A program made the position numbers and the translations under genes. Positions 16,219 to 16,377 of a stretch of 16,377 nucleotides of DNA are shown piece after piece. Source of the DNA: Phycisphaerales bacterium (GTDB taxonomy: Bacteria > Planctomycetota > Phycisphaerae > Tepidisphaerales > Tepidisphaeraceae); assembly GCA_028291615.1 (NCBI GenBank), contig JAQGHM010000172.1, positions 1 to 16,377 of the forward strand. The letters run 5' to 3'. A model generated the notes under the pieces. The model searched no databases, was not told the DNA's origin, and saw only the letters and a list, made by a program, of their open reading frames with translations. Every line of letters begins with the position of its first letter. Within the stretch, counting starts at the first letter, position 1.

Positions 16219-16377
16219 ATGCCCTACCCTGTCAGCAAAACCGAATTCGCAACCCTCGTCGAACGTGCCGTCGCAGACCTCCCCCAGCCCTTCGCTGACT
16301 TCCTTGAAGAAGTCCCGATCGAGATCCACACCCGCCCCTCGGCCAAGCTCTTGCGCGAACTGGGGATGGACGATGAC
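16219..16377 (+). CDS. putative zinc metallopeptidase-like protein (DUF1025 / zincin-like family), N-terminal fragment only
   Basis: ATG at 16219 gives MPYPVSKTEFATLVERAVADLPQPFADFLEEVPIEIHTRPSAKLLRELGMDDD, open to the window end. This resembles the conserved N-terminus of the small 'metallopeptidase family protein' group (...LP.EF...L.NV.I.VED.P....L.ELG.D.D...). The HExxH region would lie beyond the window. Confidence 0.55.
   Translation, partial: MPYPVSKTEFATLVERAVADLPQPFADFLEEVPIEIHTRPSAKLLRELGMDDD

Noticed and set aside
1-16377. Looked for CRISPR arrays, tRNA/rRNA, IS elements, integrases, and long direct or inverted repeats flanking an island
   Set aside because: None found. The only conspicuous repeats are intragenic (the NfeD DADA repeat, the WD40 units, the flotillin coiled-coil).

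Overview
This GC-rich (~65%) window is densely coding, with 14 of its 15 genes on the minus strand. The gene content suggests a Planctomycetota-like chromosome: a signal-peptide WD40/HEAT protein, a eukaryotic-type Ser/Thr kinase, and a zinc-ribbon/TM/vWA protein. This taxonomic call is an inference. In transcription order on the minus strand (right to left), the genes are: lipoprotein signal-peptide peptidase SppA; a zinc-ribbon/TM/vWA-like protein (8 bp downstream of sppA); an Amidase_2/PGRP-type peptidoglycan amidase; a Ser/Thr protein kinase; a large secreted WD40 beta-propeller protein with a C-terminal HEAT-like tail; a strong intrinsic terminator; argininosuccinate synthase (argG); a hypothetical 2-TM protein; an orphan NuoM/ND4-family complex-I antiporter-like subunit; an NfeD-like (YqiJ-family) membrane protein carrying a striking Asp/Ala/His tandem repeat; a flotillin-like SPFH/band-7 protein (YqiK-like); a minimal 2-TM K+ channel; a GlcE-like FAD-binding oxidoreductase; and a GlcF-like Fe-S/CCG-domain protein that overlaps GlcE by ATGA and runs off the left edge. 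One plus-strand gene starts at the right edge, a DUF1025-like putative zinc metallopeptidase. I saw no rRNA, tRNA, CRISPR, transposase or integrase. All large plus-strand ORFs in the track lie antisense to well-supported minus-strand genes and are GC-driven artefacts. Several track ORF starts are GTG or TTG. I re-derived ATG starts from the sequence and checked for RBS motifs where possible. The most unusual features are the His/Asp-rich tandem repeat in the NfeD partner of flotillin, the orphan NuoM plus unknown membrane-protein pair, and the K+ channel co-oriented with a GlcD-less GlcEF-like redox pair.
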